Sequence record: DRR723986_1873
Direction: 5' to 3' (one strand)
Length of the DNA stretch: 55,059 nt
A model generated the notes under the pieces. It was not told the DNA's origin. It saw only the letters and a list, made by a program, of their open reading frames with translations, and made no database searches. Of this stretch, positions 18,782 to 28,347 are shown in pieces (position 1 is the stretch's first letter; each line of letters starts with the position of its first letter). The position numbers were made by a program, and so were the translations under genes.

Positions 18782-19579
18782 ATGGATTTACAGGATCAGC
18801 GCATTGTGCTGACCGGCGCTACCGGCGGCATCGGCTGCGCCATGGCAAGCGCACTGGACCGGGCCGGGGCTCAGCTATTACTGGTCTCGCGCAGCGAGGA
18901 TAAGCTGACATCCCTGTACAACAGCTTGTCCAGCCGCAGACACGGTTTGGTCGTCGCCGACATCACGACCGAGCGGGGCCGCGCGGCGGTGGTTGCGGCC
19001 TGCGATGACGGCTGCGACATGCTGGTCAACAATGCCGGCGTCAACCACTTTGGCCTGCTGGAGAACCAGCAAGCTGACACCCTTCGCCAGACCTTCGAGG
19101 TCAATGTGGTCGCACCAATCCTGTTGATCAAACTGCTGCTACCAAAACTGGTAAATGCCCGGGGGACGATCGTCAATGTCGGCTCGGGCTACGGCAGCAT
19201 CGGCTTCGCCGGCTATTCCAGCTATTGCGCATCCAAGTTTGCGCTGCGAGGCTTCTCCGAAGCGCTTGGCCGTGAACTCGCCGACTCGGGTGTGCGCATC
19301 CTGTACCTTGCCCCGCGCGCCGTGGACACGCCGATGAACCCACCAGAGGTGGTCGCAATGAACAGCGAGCTGGGCAATGCGGTCGACTCGCCGGACCAGG
19401 TCGCCTCGGAGCTCCTGAAGATGCTCAAAAAGAACCAGAAGCGGCGCTACATCGGCTGGCCGGAAAAGTTTTTCGTCCGCCTTAACGGCCTTTTCCCAGG
19501 CATCGTGGATGCGGCGCTGGCCAAACAGCTGCCGGTGATTCGCCGTCATGCTCTGGCGATAGCCGATGACGCGGGATAG
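18782..19579 (+). CDS. SDR family oxidoreductase
   Basis: TGATGGIG, VNNAG, YCASK. Confidence 0.92.
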   Translation: MDLQDQRIVLTGATGGIGCAMASALDRAGAQLLLVSRSEDKLTSLYNSLSSRRHGLVVADITTERGRAAVVAACDDGCDMLVNNAGVNHFGLLENQQADTLRQTFEVNVVAPILLIKLLLPKLVNARGTIVNVGSGYGSIGFAGYSSYCASKFALRGFSEALGRELADSGVRILYLAPRAVDTPMNPPEVVAMNSELGNAVDSPDQVASELLKMLKKNQKRRYIGWPEKFFVRLNGLFPGIVDAALAKQLPVIRRHALAIADDAG

Positions 19580-19590
19580 TATCCGTTTCC

Positions 19591-20250
19591 ATGCACATAC
19601 TGTTGGTGGAAGACGATGCCTCCCTGGCCGCCGGGCTGAAGCGCGCCCTGGATAAGGATGGCTTTGTCGTTAATCATGTAGCCAGCGGACAGCAGGCACT
19701 GGCTGCTGTGCGCGCCCAGGCTCCGGACATCGTGGTGCTCGATCTCGGCTTGCCCGATATGGACGGACTCGACGTGCTGTCTCACCTCCGTCAGGGTAAC
19801 GGCCACATCCCGGTGCTTGTCCTGACTGCGCGGGATACGCTGGAGGACAAAATCACCGGACTCGACGGCGGAGCAGACGATTACCTGCCGAAACCTTTTG
19901 AGGTCAAGGAACTGTCCGCGCGACTGCGCGTCTTTGAACGGCGGCTCACCAGCACCAGCACCTCCACGATTACCCTCGGTGAGGTCGAGCTGGACACCTC
20001 CGCGCACACCCTGCGGATTGCGAATGAGCCGATGGAATTACCGCGCCGGGAATACATGCTCCTGAAAATCCTGCTCGAGAATGCCGGCAAGGTACTGACC
20101 CGGGAGTCACTGGAGAACCGGCTATACAGCTGGGGCGAAGAAGTTGCCAGCAATGCCCTTGAGGTTCACATACACCACTTGCGCAAGAAAATGCCGGCGG
20201 GACTGATCAAGACCGTCAGGGGCATCGGGTATACCGTGGCGAAGTCGTGA
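19591..20250 (+). CDS. OmpR-family response regulator (QseB/PmrA-like)
   Basis: ILLVEDD, LDLGLP, GADDYLPKPF, SNALEVHIHHLRKK, TVRGIGY. Confidence 0.92.
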   Translation: MHILLVEDDASLAAGLKRALDKDGFVVNHVASGQQALAAVRAQAPDIVVLDLGLPDMDGLDVLSHLRQGNGHIPVLVLTARDTLEDKITGLDGGADDYLPKPFEVKELSARLRVFERRLTSTSTSTITLGEVELDTSAHTLRIANEPMELPRREYMLLKILLENAGKVLTRESLENRLYSWGEEVASNALEVHIHHLRKKMPAGLIKTVRGIGYTVAKS

Positions 20251-21557
20251 ACTCACTGCGCAGCTACCTGGCCATCATGCTGATCGCCGCCTTCGCGCTG
20301 GTCTCCTTTCTGGCGGCCCTGAACGGTTACCTCTCCAGCATGCGGGAAGCAGAAGAGATGCTCGACCAGCAGCTGACTTACGCCAGCGAGATACTCGCCG
20401 AGAGCTACCGGAACGGGAGCGACTCCGAAAGCCAGGAGCAGGGAGACAGCGGGATGGTGTTCCAGGTATGGCGCGCGGGCGAGCTGGTACAGGCCTCCGC
20501 CGGAGCGCCACACCAGCCGATCTCCGCGCAGGCGGAGGGCTACCACTTCACGAACTTCCTGGGTTACCGGTGGCGAACCCATACTCACGCCGACCGGAAC
20601 GGTATGGTCTACATGGTGGCTGAGCGTGCTGACCTGCGCCACCGTGTAGCGGAGAACGTCGTGCTCGGCTCGGTCACACCCTGGCTACTCTGGTTGCCCC
20701 TGTCGGCAATACTCGTATGGGTGGTGGTTGGCTGGGGGCTGCGCCCGTTGCAACAACTGAGCCGGGAGATCAACCAGAAACGCAGTGACAACCTGGCACC
20801 TATCACGCACGAAAACCCACCGCTGGAACTGGTGCAGCTGATCGAGTCGACCAACTCGCTGCTGGCACGCCTGTCAGCCTCCTTCGAACGGGAGAAGCAT
20901 TTCGCATCCCATGCCGCACACGAACTGCGGACGCCGCTGAGCGTTCTCAAGGTTCACCTGCACAACCTCGCCAGTGAGCTGCCGCGAGATCATGAAGGAC
21001 TGGGACACGCCAATGCCGGGGTCGAGCGCATGCATCATCTTGTTGAACAGATTCTCGACCTCAACCGCACCAATCCCGAGCTTATCCGCGGTAATTTCGA
21101 ACCGCTGGACCTGCACAAGCTGGCTCGCCACGTAACCGCTGAATACTGGCCCGCTTTTTCCGACAAGAACCAGACCATTTCAATGCAGGGAGACCGGGCG
21201 GTCATGCAAGGTGATTCCGTCATGCTGGAAACACTGCTGGGTAACCTGCTCGCCAACGCCAACAAGTACACACCCGAGGGCGGGGAAATCGAGGTCAATG
21301 TCAGCAGTGTCGATGACGGCGTAGCGCTGGTGGTGGCAGACTCCGGTCCAGGCGTGCCTGCGGCCGAGAGGGGGCACGTATTCGAGCGCTTCTACCGCGC
21401 CAGAGACTCAATTTTTCAGGAGGCCACCGGCTCGGGCCTCGGGCTTGCCATCGTCAAGCATATCTGCCAGCTGCACGACGCACGTATTTCCCTTAACGAC
21501 AGCAAGCTGGGCGGACTGCAAGTCACCGTGGTTTTCCCGAACAGGAGAATCGCATGA
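20247..21557 (+). CDS. Sensor histidine kinase (QseC/PmrB-like)
   Basis: Two TM helices, periplasmic EAEEMLDQQL, H-box AAHELRTPL, N-box NLLANANKY, DSGPG, GSGLGL. Confidence 0.92.
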   Translation: MNSLRSYLAIMLIAAFALVSFLAALNGYLSSMREAEEMLDQQLTYASEILAESYRNGSDSESQEQGDSGMVFQVWRAGELVQASAGAPHQPISAQAEGYHFTNFLGYRWRTHTHADRNGMVYMVAERADLRHRVAENVVLGSVTPWLLWLPLSAILVWVVVGWGLRPLQQLSREINQKRSDNLAPITHENPPLELVQLIESTNSLLARLSASFEREKHFASHAAHELRTPLSVLKVHLHNLASELPRDHEGLGHANAGVERMHHLVEQILDLNRTNPELIRGNFEPLDLHKLARHVTAEYWPAFSDKNQTISMQGDRAVMQGDSVMLETLLGNLLANANKYTPEGGEIEVNVSSVDDGVALVVADSGPGVPAAERGHVFERFYRARDSIFQEATGSGLGLAIVKHICQLHDARISLNDSKLGGLQVTVVFPNRRIA

Positions 21558-21877
21558 AACTTTTTTTTCTCCTGCTTGCACTGCTGCCCCTGGGACAGGC
21601 GGCGATAGCGAAAACACCTATCTACGAGCTGGAAATCCGTAACAACCTGTTCAACCCGTCCGAGCTGTCCATCCCCGCAAACACCAAAGTAAAACTTGTG
21701 GTCTTCAACCGGGATGAGACCCCGGAGGAATTTGAGAGCTACGAGCTGAACCGGGAGAAAGTCATCCTCGGCGGTCGCAAGGCCATCATTTTCATAGGAC
21801 CGCTATCGCCCGGCGTCTACCCATTCTTCGGTGAGTTCAACCCCCGGACCGCCCAGGGCCAGGTAATTGTGGAGTAA
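21554..21877 (+). CDS. Exported cupredoxin-domain protein
   Basis: Signal peptide; FNPSELSIPA, PEEFES..LNREKVI, PGVYPFFGEF. Confidence 0.85.
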   Translation: MKLFFLLLALLPLGQAAIAKTPIYELEIRNNLFNPSELSIPANTKVKLVVFNRDETPEEFESYELNREKVILGGRKAIIFIGPLSPGVYPFFGEFNPRTAQGQVIVE

Positions 21878-21886
21878 GCGAGACAG

Positions 21887-22672
21887 ATGCTCATAACGTC
21901 AGTCATCCTGGTTTTACGCGAAGTGCTCGAAGCCGCCGTTCTGATCAGCGTATTGATCGCCCTGGCCAGACTATTAAAACTGGGCCTCGTGTGGCTGGCC
22001 GTAGCGCTACCCATCGCCCTTGCCGGCATGGTCGTGTATGCGAGTAACCTTGCTGCCATTACCGATGCCCTTGACGGCACCGGTCAGGAAGTCAGCAATG
22101 CCACGATGCAACTGCTGGTCTATGTCCTGATTCTGGTCACGGCGACCCTTGCGGCCCCGGGCCGCAAACTTTCCAGCGACAGCCGTCGGGTCATACCGGG
22201 CACAATGGCTCTGGCGGTTGCGATCGCCCTGGTACGAGAGGGTGCGGAGATCTGGATTTATGTTTCCGGCTATAGCACCGCGGATAGCTATCCTGCTGCC
22301 GTATATGCCGGCAGTGCAATTGGCGGGGGCATTGGTATGAGCGTAGGTGTGCTGTTGTTTGCGCTGCTCAATGCCCAGCCGCCGCAACGCACTCACGTGA
22401 TCTGCCTGCTACTGCTCTGCCTTACCGGCGCCGGTATGGTCATGCAGGCCACCATGCCTTTGCAGCAGGTGGATCTCCTCCCCTCGGGCAGCCCTCTGTG
22501 GGATAGCACATGGCTGGTGAACGAACGCTCCGTGGCGGGCGAACTGCTTTACGCCGTATTTGGCTACGAGGCCACCCCCAGCCTGTTGCAGGTGGCCCTC
22601 TATGGCGGCAGCCTGCTGCTACTGGCACTCGCGATCGTGGGCGGCAGACCCCGGCGGGGTGGCTCGCTGTGA
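21887..22672 (+). CDS. FTR1/EfeU-family iron permease
   Basis: Two RExxE motifs (REVLE, REGAE) and about 7 TM helices. Confidence 0.88.
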   Translation: MLITSVILVLREVLEAAVLISVLIALARLLKLGLVWLAVALPIALAGMVVYASNLAAITDALDGTGQEVSNATMQLLVYVLILVTATLAAPGRKLSSDSRRVIPGTMALAVAIALVREGAEIWIYVSGYSTADSYPAAVYAGSAIGGGIGMSVGVLLFALLNAQPPQRTHVICLLLLCLTGAGMVMQATMPLQQVDLLPSGSPLWDSTWLVNERSVAGELLYAVFGYEATPSLLQVALYGGSLLLLALAIVGGRPRRGGSL

Positions 22673-23382
22673 TCCGGTCGCGCCAACTGCTTGGGGCAAC
22701 CCTGCTCGGGCTGGCCACCAGCGCACTGGCTGACGGCACAACAGTGGACAAGGTTTACCACCCCTATGTCGATCCGCTGGAATGGGAAGTCGAATGGCGA
22801 ATGATCCAGCAAAATGAAGACCCGGTTACCGGGTTGCAGCGGTCACAGCTACATCGACTGGGCCTGGGCCGCGCAATATCGGAGTACCTGTTTGCCGAAC
22901 TCTACCTGATCGGCGCGGCGTCAGCCGATGACAGCCTGGACCTGTACGCTTATGAGGCGGAGCTGTTGTGGCAGCTATCGGAGCAAGGCGAGTTCTTTGC
23001 TGACTTCGGCCTGCTGTTTGAACTGGAGAAGGAACACCAGGAAGAAGCCTGGGAGGCCGCTACAAGCTTGCTGCTGGAAAAGGAATTCGGCAGCTTCAGT
23101 GCCACCGCCAACCTCGGCCTGATCTACGAATGGGGCAACGATATCCAGGATGAGTGGGAAACCAGCCTGGCGCTCCAGGGGCGCTACCGCTATTCGCCAC
23201 GCCTGGAACCGGCACTGGAGCTTTATTCGGGGGAGAATACGCGCGCCCTGGGACCCGTTCTCACCGGCATGGAGAGATTGGCGCCCATGCAGTCAGTGCG
23301 CTGGGAGTTTGGGGTCGTTTTCGGGCTGGACAACGACAGCTCCGACTACACCTGGCGCGCCTTGCTTGAGTACGAATTCTGA
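22669..23382 (+). CDS. Putative outer-membrane beta-barrel protein
   Basis: GTGA overlap with the FTR1 stop; signal peptide (..ATSALA-DG), DKVYHPYV, amphipathic strands, C-terminal LEYEF. Confidence 0.7.
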   Translation: MIRSRQLLGATLLGLATSALADGTTVDKVYHPYVDPLEWEVEWRMIQQNEDPVTGLQRSQLHRLGLGRAISEYLFAELYLIGAASADDSLDLYAYEAELLWQLSEQGEFFADFGLLFELEKEHQEEAWEAATSLLLEKEFGSFSATANLGLIYEWGNDIQDEWETSLALQGRYRYSPRLEPALELYSGENTRALGPVLTGMERLAPMQSVRWEFGVVFGLDNDSSDYTWRALLEYEF

Positions 23383-23418
23383 CGCCCACCGGGCAGTGCT
23401 GCTACCGACGAGCCCGGG

Positions 23419-24996
23419 TCAGGCCCCGGCAGGCACCAGGGCTTGTGCTAAAAAGCTGGCGCAGACAGGAGGGCTCGATCCATCCCCCGTCAGCTCGGCG
23501 CAGGCGTCTGAGAGCCTGGATCTCAGGGCCGTGAGCACCAGCTCACGGTCGTCCCCATCGGCAGCCCAGGCGGACAAGGCCTCACTGAGCCGGTCAAGTC
23601 GGGCCGCATAGGCCTCCAGGCCATTCCGCTGGCTGACGATCTCGGCAAGCACCGCGCTAGCGGCGCGCTCGATTTCCGCCGCGTCAACCGGGCTGAGCTG
23701 GATCAGACGCAGGATATAGCCGCTGCCCCAGCGCGCCCGGTCGAGCGGGTTGCTGGTCGCTTCCCAGGCCTTGCGGTACCAGTCCAGTGCCGCTTGCGGC
23801 TCGCCGGCTTCGCGCTCCACCATGGCCATACCCGACATGAAGTAAAACGGCGCTCGCGACTCGGCGATGCCGCGAGCCAGGGCGGCCCGCGCCTGCTCCA
23901 CCAGGCCAATGTCGTAATACACGCCCCAGAGGTTATTGATACCTGCGTGCAGTTGGTAGGCGTCGAGTTCCGCCATGGCCGCATCAGCCTGCTCCCGGGC
24001 CCAGCGGACCTGCTCCGGGTCCAGCGCCTCTCCCTCGGCGAGCAGTGCGGTGGCTACCTCGCCCCAGCCCCGCAATACGGCGGCCAGATTAAGCACATTC
24101 AGGCTATCGTCGTCCGTCGCGCCCCGGTACAGGGCAAGCAGCCTTGCCTGCAGTGCCTGCTGTTCTTCGCCGGTCGCCAGCTTGTTGACAAGATCGCCTC
24201 CCAGATAGGCCAGGCTGACCAGGTTGGCGCGGCTGAGCCGGGGATCGGCGAGCAGCGCATCGAGCGCCTGCAGGTGAAGCGACCGGTCCAGCGGATCGGG
24301 TGATTCCGCGGCTGCCCAGGCCTCGATAGCCGCCAGATCCAGGCGACTGCAGGCCAGGGCCAGCTTGCGGGGACAAGCCGCAGCCAGCGCGCGCAGGACC
24401 GGCGCCGGATCCTGGTCACCCAGGGCCTGGCCCCGGTCCTGCCCCCAGGAATAGGCACCGAGCAACTCCCATTGCTCATTGGCCAGATCCTGTCCCGCCT
24501 GCACGGCGGCGGTGAGTTCACTCACCGGTTGCAGCGCATTCAGGGTCAATTCGAGTACTGCGGCGTACTGCTCCATGTCCAGGCCGCCGGGGATGCGCGT
24601 CAATTCCTGGCCTTCGGGGGAAAAAACAATCACCGTGGGCAGGCCGTAGATTTTGAACTGGTCGGCGTAGCGGATGGTTTCCGACGAGCCGTTGCTCATA
24701 TCCAGGTTGATGAACAGGCGGGACAGTTCGATGAACTCCTCGCGGATAAAGATAGTGGCCTGCAGCTCCTTGCAATAGGGGCACCACTCCGCGCCCCAGT
24801 AAAGGAACAATGGCTTGCCCTCCTCCCTCGCGCGTTCGAAGGCCTCCTCGACTGAACCGGGAAACCAGGCAACGGCCGCACTGTCGCCGGGCGACGTCGA
24901 AACCGCGGTATCCGCCGGCGACACTGTGTCTTCGGAACAGGCCCACAGCAGGGGGACACAAACTATCAACAGGGCGAGCGTGCGTTTGACTATCAC
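23419..24996 (-). CDS. Thioredoxin-family lipoprotein with helical/TPR C-terminus
   Basis: Lipobox LWAC, WGAEWCPYC, GLPT cis-Pro loop; AAGGAG RBS. Confidence 0.82.
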   Translation of the reverse strand: MIVKRTLALLIVCVPLLWACSEDTVSPADTAVSTSPGDSAAVAWFPGSVEEAFERAREEGKPLFLYWGAEWCPYCKELQATIFIREEFIELSRLFINLDMSNGSSETIRYADQFKIYGLPTVIVFSPEGQELTRIPGGLDMEQYAAVLELTLNALQPVSELTAAVQAGQDLANEQWELLGAYSWGQDRGQALGDQDPAPVLRALAAACPRKLALACSRLDLAAIEAWAAAESPDPLDRSLHLQALDALLADPRLSRANLVSLAYLGGDLVNKLATGEEQQALQARLLALYRGATDDDSLNVLNLAAVLRGWGEVATALLAEGEALDPEQVRWAREQADAAMAELDAYQLHAGINNLWGVYYDIGLVEQARAALARGIAESRAPFYFMSGMAMVEREAGEPQAALDWYRKAWEATSNPLDRARWGSGYILRLIQLSPVDAAEIERAASAVLAEIVSQRNGLEAYAARLDRLSEALSAWAADGDDRELVLTALRSRLSDACAELTGDGSSPPVCASFLAQALVPAGA

Positions 24997-25174
24997 CGGC
25001 TTCTCCTTGAGGCTTGGTCCAGCCTGACCCGGGCGGGACTGCTAAACCTTACGGCCAGCATACAGGAAAATCACCGCCGGACAGGCCTGGCAAGGGCCAG
25101 CGAGGGAGTGTTTACTTGTCTTTTGAGCCCCGGCTGCGGCACAATTCGCGCCTGATCCCAGTGGCAAACCTCTG

Positions 25175-27346
25175 ATGACAGCCGTTCCGCTGCCTGCAGC
25201 CTTATACTCGCTAGCCCTGCTCCTGCTTCTTGGCCTGGTCTCGGGCTGCACCGACGAACCCTGGAACAACCCGAATCCCCCCTCGCCCCGGGGCGAGCTG
25301 ACCTACCAGTCAGTGATGTCGCCGGCGCCGCCAAAGCACCTGGACCCGGCGATCTCCTATGCGTCGGACGAATCCGTGTTCATCATGCAGATCTATGAAC
25401 CGCCCATGGGCTACCACTTCCTGAAGCGGCCCTATGAGCTGGAACCCATGGGCGTGGCATCCTTCCCCGAGCTGGCATACCTCGATGCCGCGGGCGAGCC
25501 CGTCGCCGCGGAGTCTACCGAGATCGCCTTCACCCGCTACACCCTGACCGTCAGGGAAGACGCCCACTACCAGCCGCACCCGGCCTTTGCCAAAGACAGT
25601 AAAGGTGAGCCGCTGTACCGCTTCGAGACCACGGCCGAAGGCAGCAAGTTCAGCCAGATCCCCGACTTCCCGGAAACCGGCTCCCGACGGGTTCGCGCCG
25701 AGGACTACGTCTACGCGATCAAACGCCTGGCCGACCCCTACAATGCCTCACCCATGCTCGGCTTCATGGCCCAGTACATCGTCGACTTCCAGGGTTTTTC
25801 CGAACGTCTTGAGGGCGCCGCGCACGATGGCTGGCTGGACCTGCGGGAGCATGAGCTCGCGGGCCTGCAGGTCATCGACGAGCGCACCTACACAATCACC
25901 ATCAAGGGCCAGTACCCGCAGTTCGTGTTCTGGCTGGCGATGCACTTCTTCGCCCCGATTCCCTATGAGGCGGACCGCTTCTACCACAACCCGGGTTTCA
26001 AGGAGCGCAACCTCACCCTGGACTGGTGGCCGGTAGGCAGCGGGCCCTTCATGATGATCAAGAACGATCCGAACAGCGAGATCGTACTGCTGCGCAACCC
26101 GAATTTCCGCGCCGACTTCTACCCCACTGAAGGCTCGGCAGGCGACGCCGAGCAGGGCTGGCTGGATGACGCCGGCAAACGCCTGCCGCTGGTAGACCGC
26201 GCGGTATACCGGTTGGAGAAAACCGTACTGCCGCTGTGGACCAAGTTCCTGCAGGGGTATTACGACCGCTCAGGTGAGGTGCACGGCAACACCAACCGCG
26301 TATTCGACCAGGCCTTCGTTGTCGGACCCAACGGCGTCGAGCTGAGTGAGGAACTCAAAGGCCGCAATATCGGCGTCGCCCCCGACGTCAAGCCCGGCCT
26401 GTATTACTACGGCTTCAACATGCGCGATCCGGTGCTTGGCGGCTATACCGAGGAGCGCCGCAAGTTGCGCCGCGCCCTGCAGATCGCCTTCAACACCGAG
26501 GAGTTCATCAACATCTTCTACAAGGGGAACGGCATCCCGTCCCACAGCCCGATCCCGCCGGGCATTCCCGGGTTCGAGGACGGCGAGGCGGGCATCAACC
26601 CCTATGTCTATGACTGGGTGGACGGCGAGGCGCGGCGCAAGTCGCTGGAGGAGGCCCGCCAGCTCATGGTCGAGGCGGGCTATCCCAACGGTCGCGATGC
26701 GCGCACCGGCGAGCCGCTGAAGATTTTCATCGACGTCCAGAGCCAGGCCATGTCCAACACCCACATGAACTGGATGGACCGCGCCTTCTCCAGCATCGGC
26801 GTCCAGGTGGAATTCCGCCCCGCCGACTGGAACCGCACCCGCGAGAAACTGCTTACCGGCAATACGCAGATCTTCTCCCACGGCTGGCTGGCGGATTATC
26901 CGGATCCGGAGAACTTCCTGTTCCTGCTGTACAGCCCGGAGAGTCCGCTGATCTGTAACTGTGACGGGGCCAATAATTCCAGCTATGAGAACCCGGAGTA
27001 CGATCAGCTGTTCCGCGAGATACGGGTCCTGCCGCCGGGGCCGGAGCGCCTCGCCAAGATCCAGCGCATGGTGGACCTGTTCCAGGAAGACGCCGTCTGG
27101 CTGTACGCCTACAACCCCAAGGACATCTACCTGAACAACGCCTGGGTCTACAACACCAAGCGCCACGGGATATCCAAGGGCACCCTGAAGTACCTGCGGG
27201 TGGACCCGCAGATGCGGGAACAGAAGCAGCGCGACTGGAACCAGCCAGTGACCTGGCCGCTCTACGTGGCCGCCCTGCTGATCGTCGCCCTCCTGCTGCC
27301 CGGGATTATCGCCTACCGCCGTCGCCTCCAGGCCACCGCCCGCTAA
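25175..27346 (+). CDS. ABC transporter substrate-binding protein (family 5, peptide/nickel)
   Basis: Lipobox VSGC, HLDPA, PVGSGPF, GWLADYPDPENFL; extra C-terminal TM helix. Confidence 0.9.
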   Translation: MTAVPLPAALYSLALLLLLGLVSGCTDEPWNNPNPPSPRGELTYQSVMSPAPPKHLDPAISYASDESVFIMQIYEPPMGYHFLKRPYELEPMGVASFPELAYLDAAGEPVAAESTEIAFTRYTLTVREDAHYQPHPAFAKDSKGEPLYRFETTAEGSKFSQIPDFPETGSRRVRAEDYVYAIKRLADPYNASPMLGFMAQYIVDFQGFSERLEGAAHDGWLDLREHELAGLQVIDERTYTITIKGQYPQFVFWLAMHFFAPIPYEADRFYHNPGFKERNLTLDWWPVGSGPFMMIKNDPNSEIVLLRNPNFRADFYPTEGSAGDAEQGWLDDAGKRLPLVDRAVYRLEKTVLPLWTKFLQGYYDRSGEVHGNTNRVFDQAFVVGPNGVELSEELKGRNIGVAPDVKPGLYYYGFNMRDPVLGGYTEERRKLRRALQIAFNTEEFINIFYKGNGIPSHSPIPPGIPGFEDGEAGINPYVYDWVDGEARRKSLEEARQLMVEAGYPNGRDARTGEPLKIFIDVQSQAMSNTHMNWMDRAFSSIGVQVEFRPADWNRTREKLLTGNTQIFSHGWLADYPDPENFLFLLYSPESPLICNCDGANNSSYENPEYDQLFREIRVLPPGPERLAKIQRMVDLFQEDAVWLYAYNPKDIYLNNAWVYNTKRHGISKGTLKYLRVDPQMREQKQRDWNQPVTWPLYVAALLIVALLLPGIIAYRRRLQATAR

Positions 27347-27359
27347 CCGAGGAGCACGC

Positions 27360-28337
27360 ATGTTCGCCTACATCGTCCGACGCCTGCTGTATGCCATCCC
27401 CATCCTGATCGGCGTCAACCTGCTGACCTTCGCCCTGTTCTTCGTGGTGAACTCGCCGGACGATATGGCCCGCTCCCAGCTGGGCGACAAGTACGTCACC
27501 CCCGCAGCGATTGAAAACTGGAAGAAGAAAAACGGCTACGACAAGCCGCTGTTCGTCAACAACGACGCCGACGGGCTGGCGCAGTTCAGCGACACTATTT
27601 TCTTCAATAAGTCGATCCGGCTGTTCGCCTTTGACTTCGGCCGCTCGGAAAGCGGCCGCGACATCACCACCGATGTCTCGACCCGGATGTGGCCCAGCCT
27701 CGCTGTGGCCCTGCCCACCTTCCTGATAGGCATCGGAGTGAATATCACCATCGCCCTGATGGTGGTCATGTTCCGCGGCACCAGCCTGGATCGCAGCGCG
27801 GTGTTCCTGTTCGTGGCGCTGATGTCGATCAGTTACCTGTTCTATATCATCGGCGGCCAGTACCTGGTGGCGAAATCACTGAAGCTGGTGCCGATCTCGG
27901 GCTTTCACCCGGACGGACAGGTGTGGAAGTTCCTCATTCTCCCGGTCATGGTAGGTGTTGTGGCAGGGATTGGCTCCGGGGCCCGCTGGTATCGGACGCT
28001 GTTCCTGGAGGAAGCCAACCAGGATTATGTGCGGACCGCGCGGGCCAAGGGCTGCAGCGAGCTGTCGATCCTGTTCCGCCATATCCTGCCCAATGCGATG
28101 ATCCCCATCCTGACCGGCGTGGTGGTGGTGATCCCAACCCTGTTCATGGGCAGCCTGCTGATCGAATCCTTTTTCGGTATCCCCGGGCTGGGCAGCTACA
28201 TGCTCGACGCCATCAACTCCCAGGACTTTGCCATCGTGCGCAGCATGGTGTTCATCGGTTCGATCCTGTACATCATCGGCCTCATCCTGACCGACATTTC
28301 CTATACCTGGGCCGACCCCCGGGTACGCCTGTCCTGA
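27360..28337 (+). CDS. ABC transporter permease (OppB/DppB-like)
   Basis: YIVRRLL, DYVRTARAKG, FGIPGLG, DPRVRL. Confidence 0.93.
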   Translation: MFAYIVRRLLYAIPILIGVNLLTFALFFVVNSPDDMARSQLGDKYVTPAAIENWKKKNGYDKPLFVNNDADGLAQFSDTIFFNKSIRLFAFDFGRSESGRDITTDVSTRMWPSLAVALPTFLIGIGVNITIALMVVMFRGTSLDRSAVFLFVALMSISYLFYIIGGQYLVAKSLKLVPISGFHPDGQVWKFLILPVMVGVVAGIGSGARWYRTLFLEEANQDYVRTARAKGCSELSILFRHILPNAMIPILTGVVVVIPTLFMGSLLIESFFGIPGLGSYMLDAINSQDFAIVRSMVFIGSILYIIGLILTDISYTWADPRVRLS

Positions 28338-28347
28338 GGCCCGGCTG

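Noticed and set aside
26270-27361. 363 aa minus-strand ORF
   Set aside because: Antisense to the ABC binding-protein gene with no motifs.
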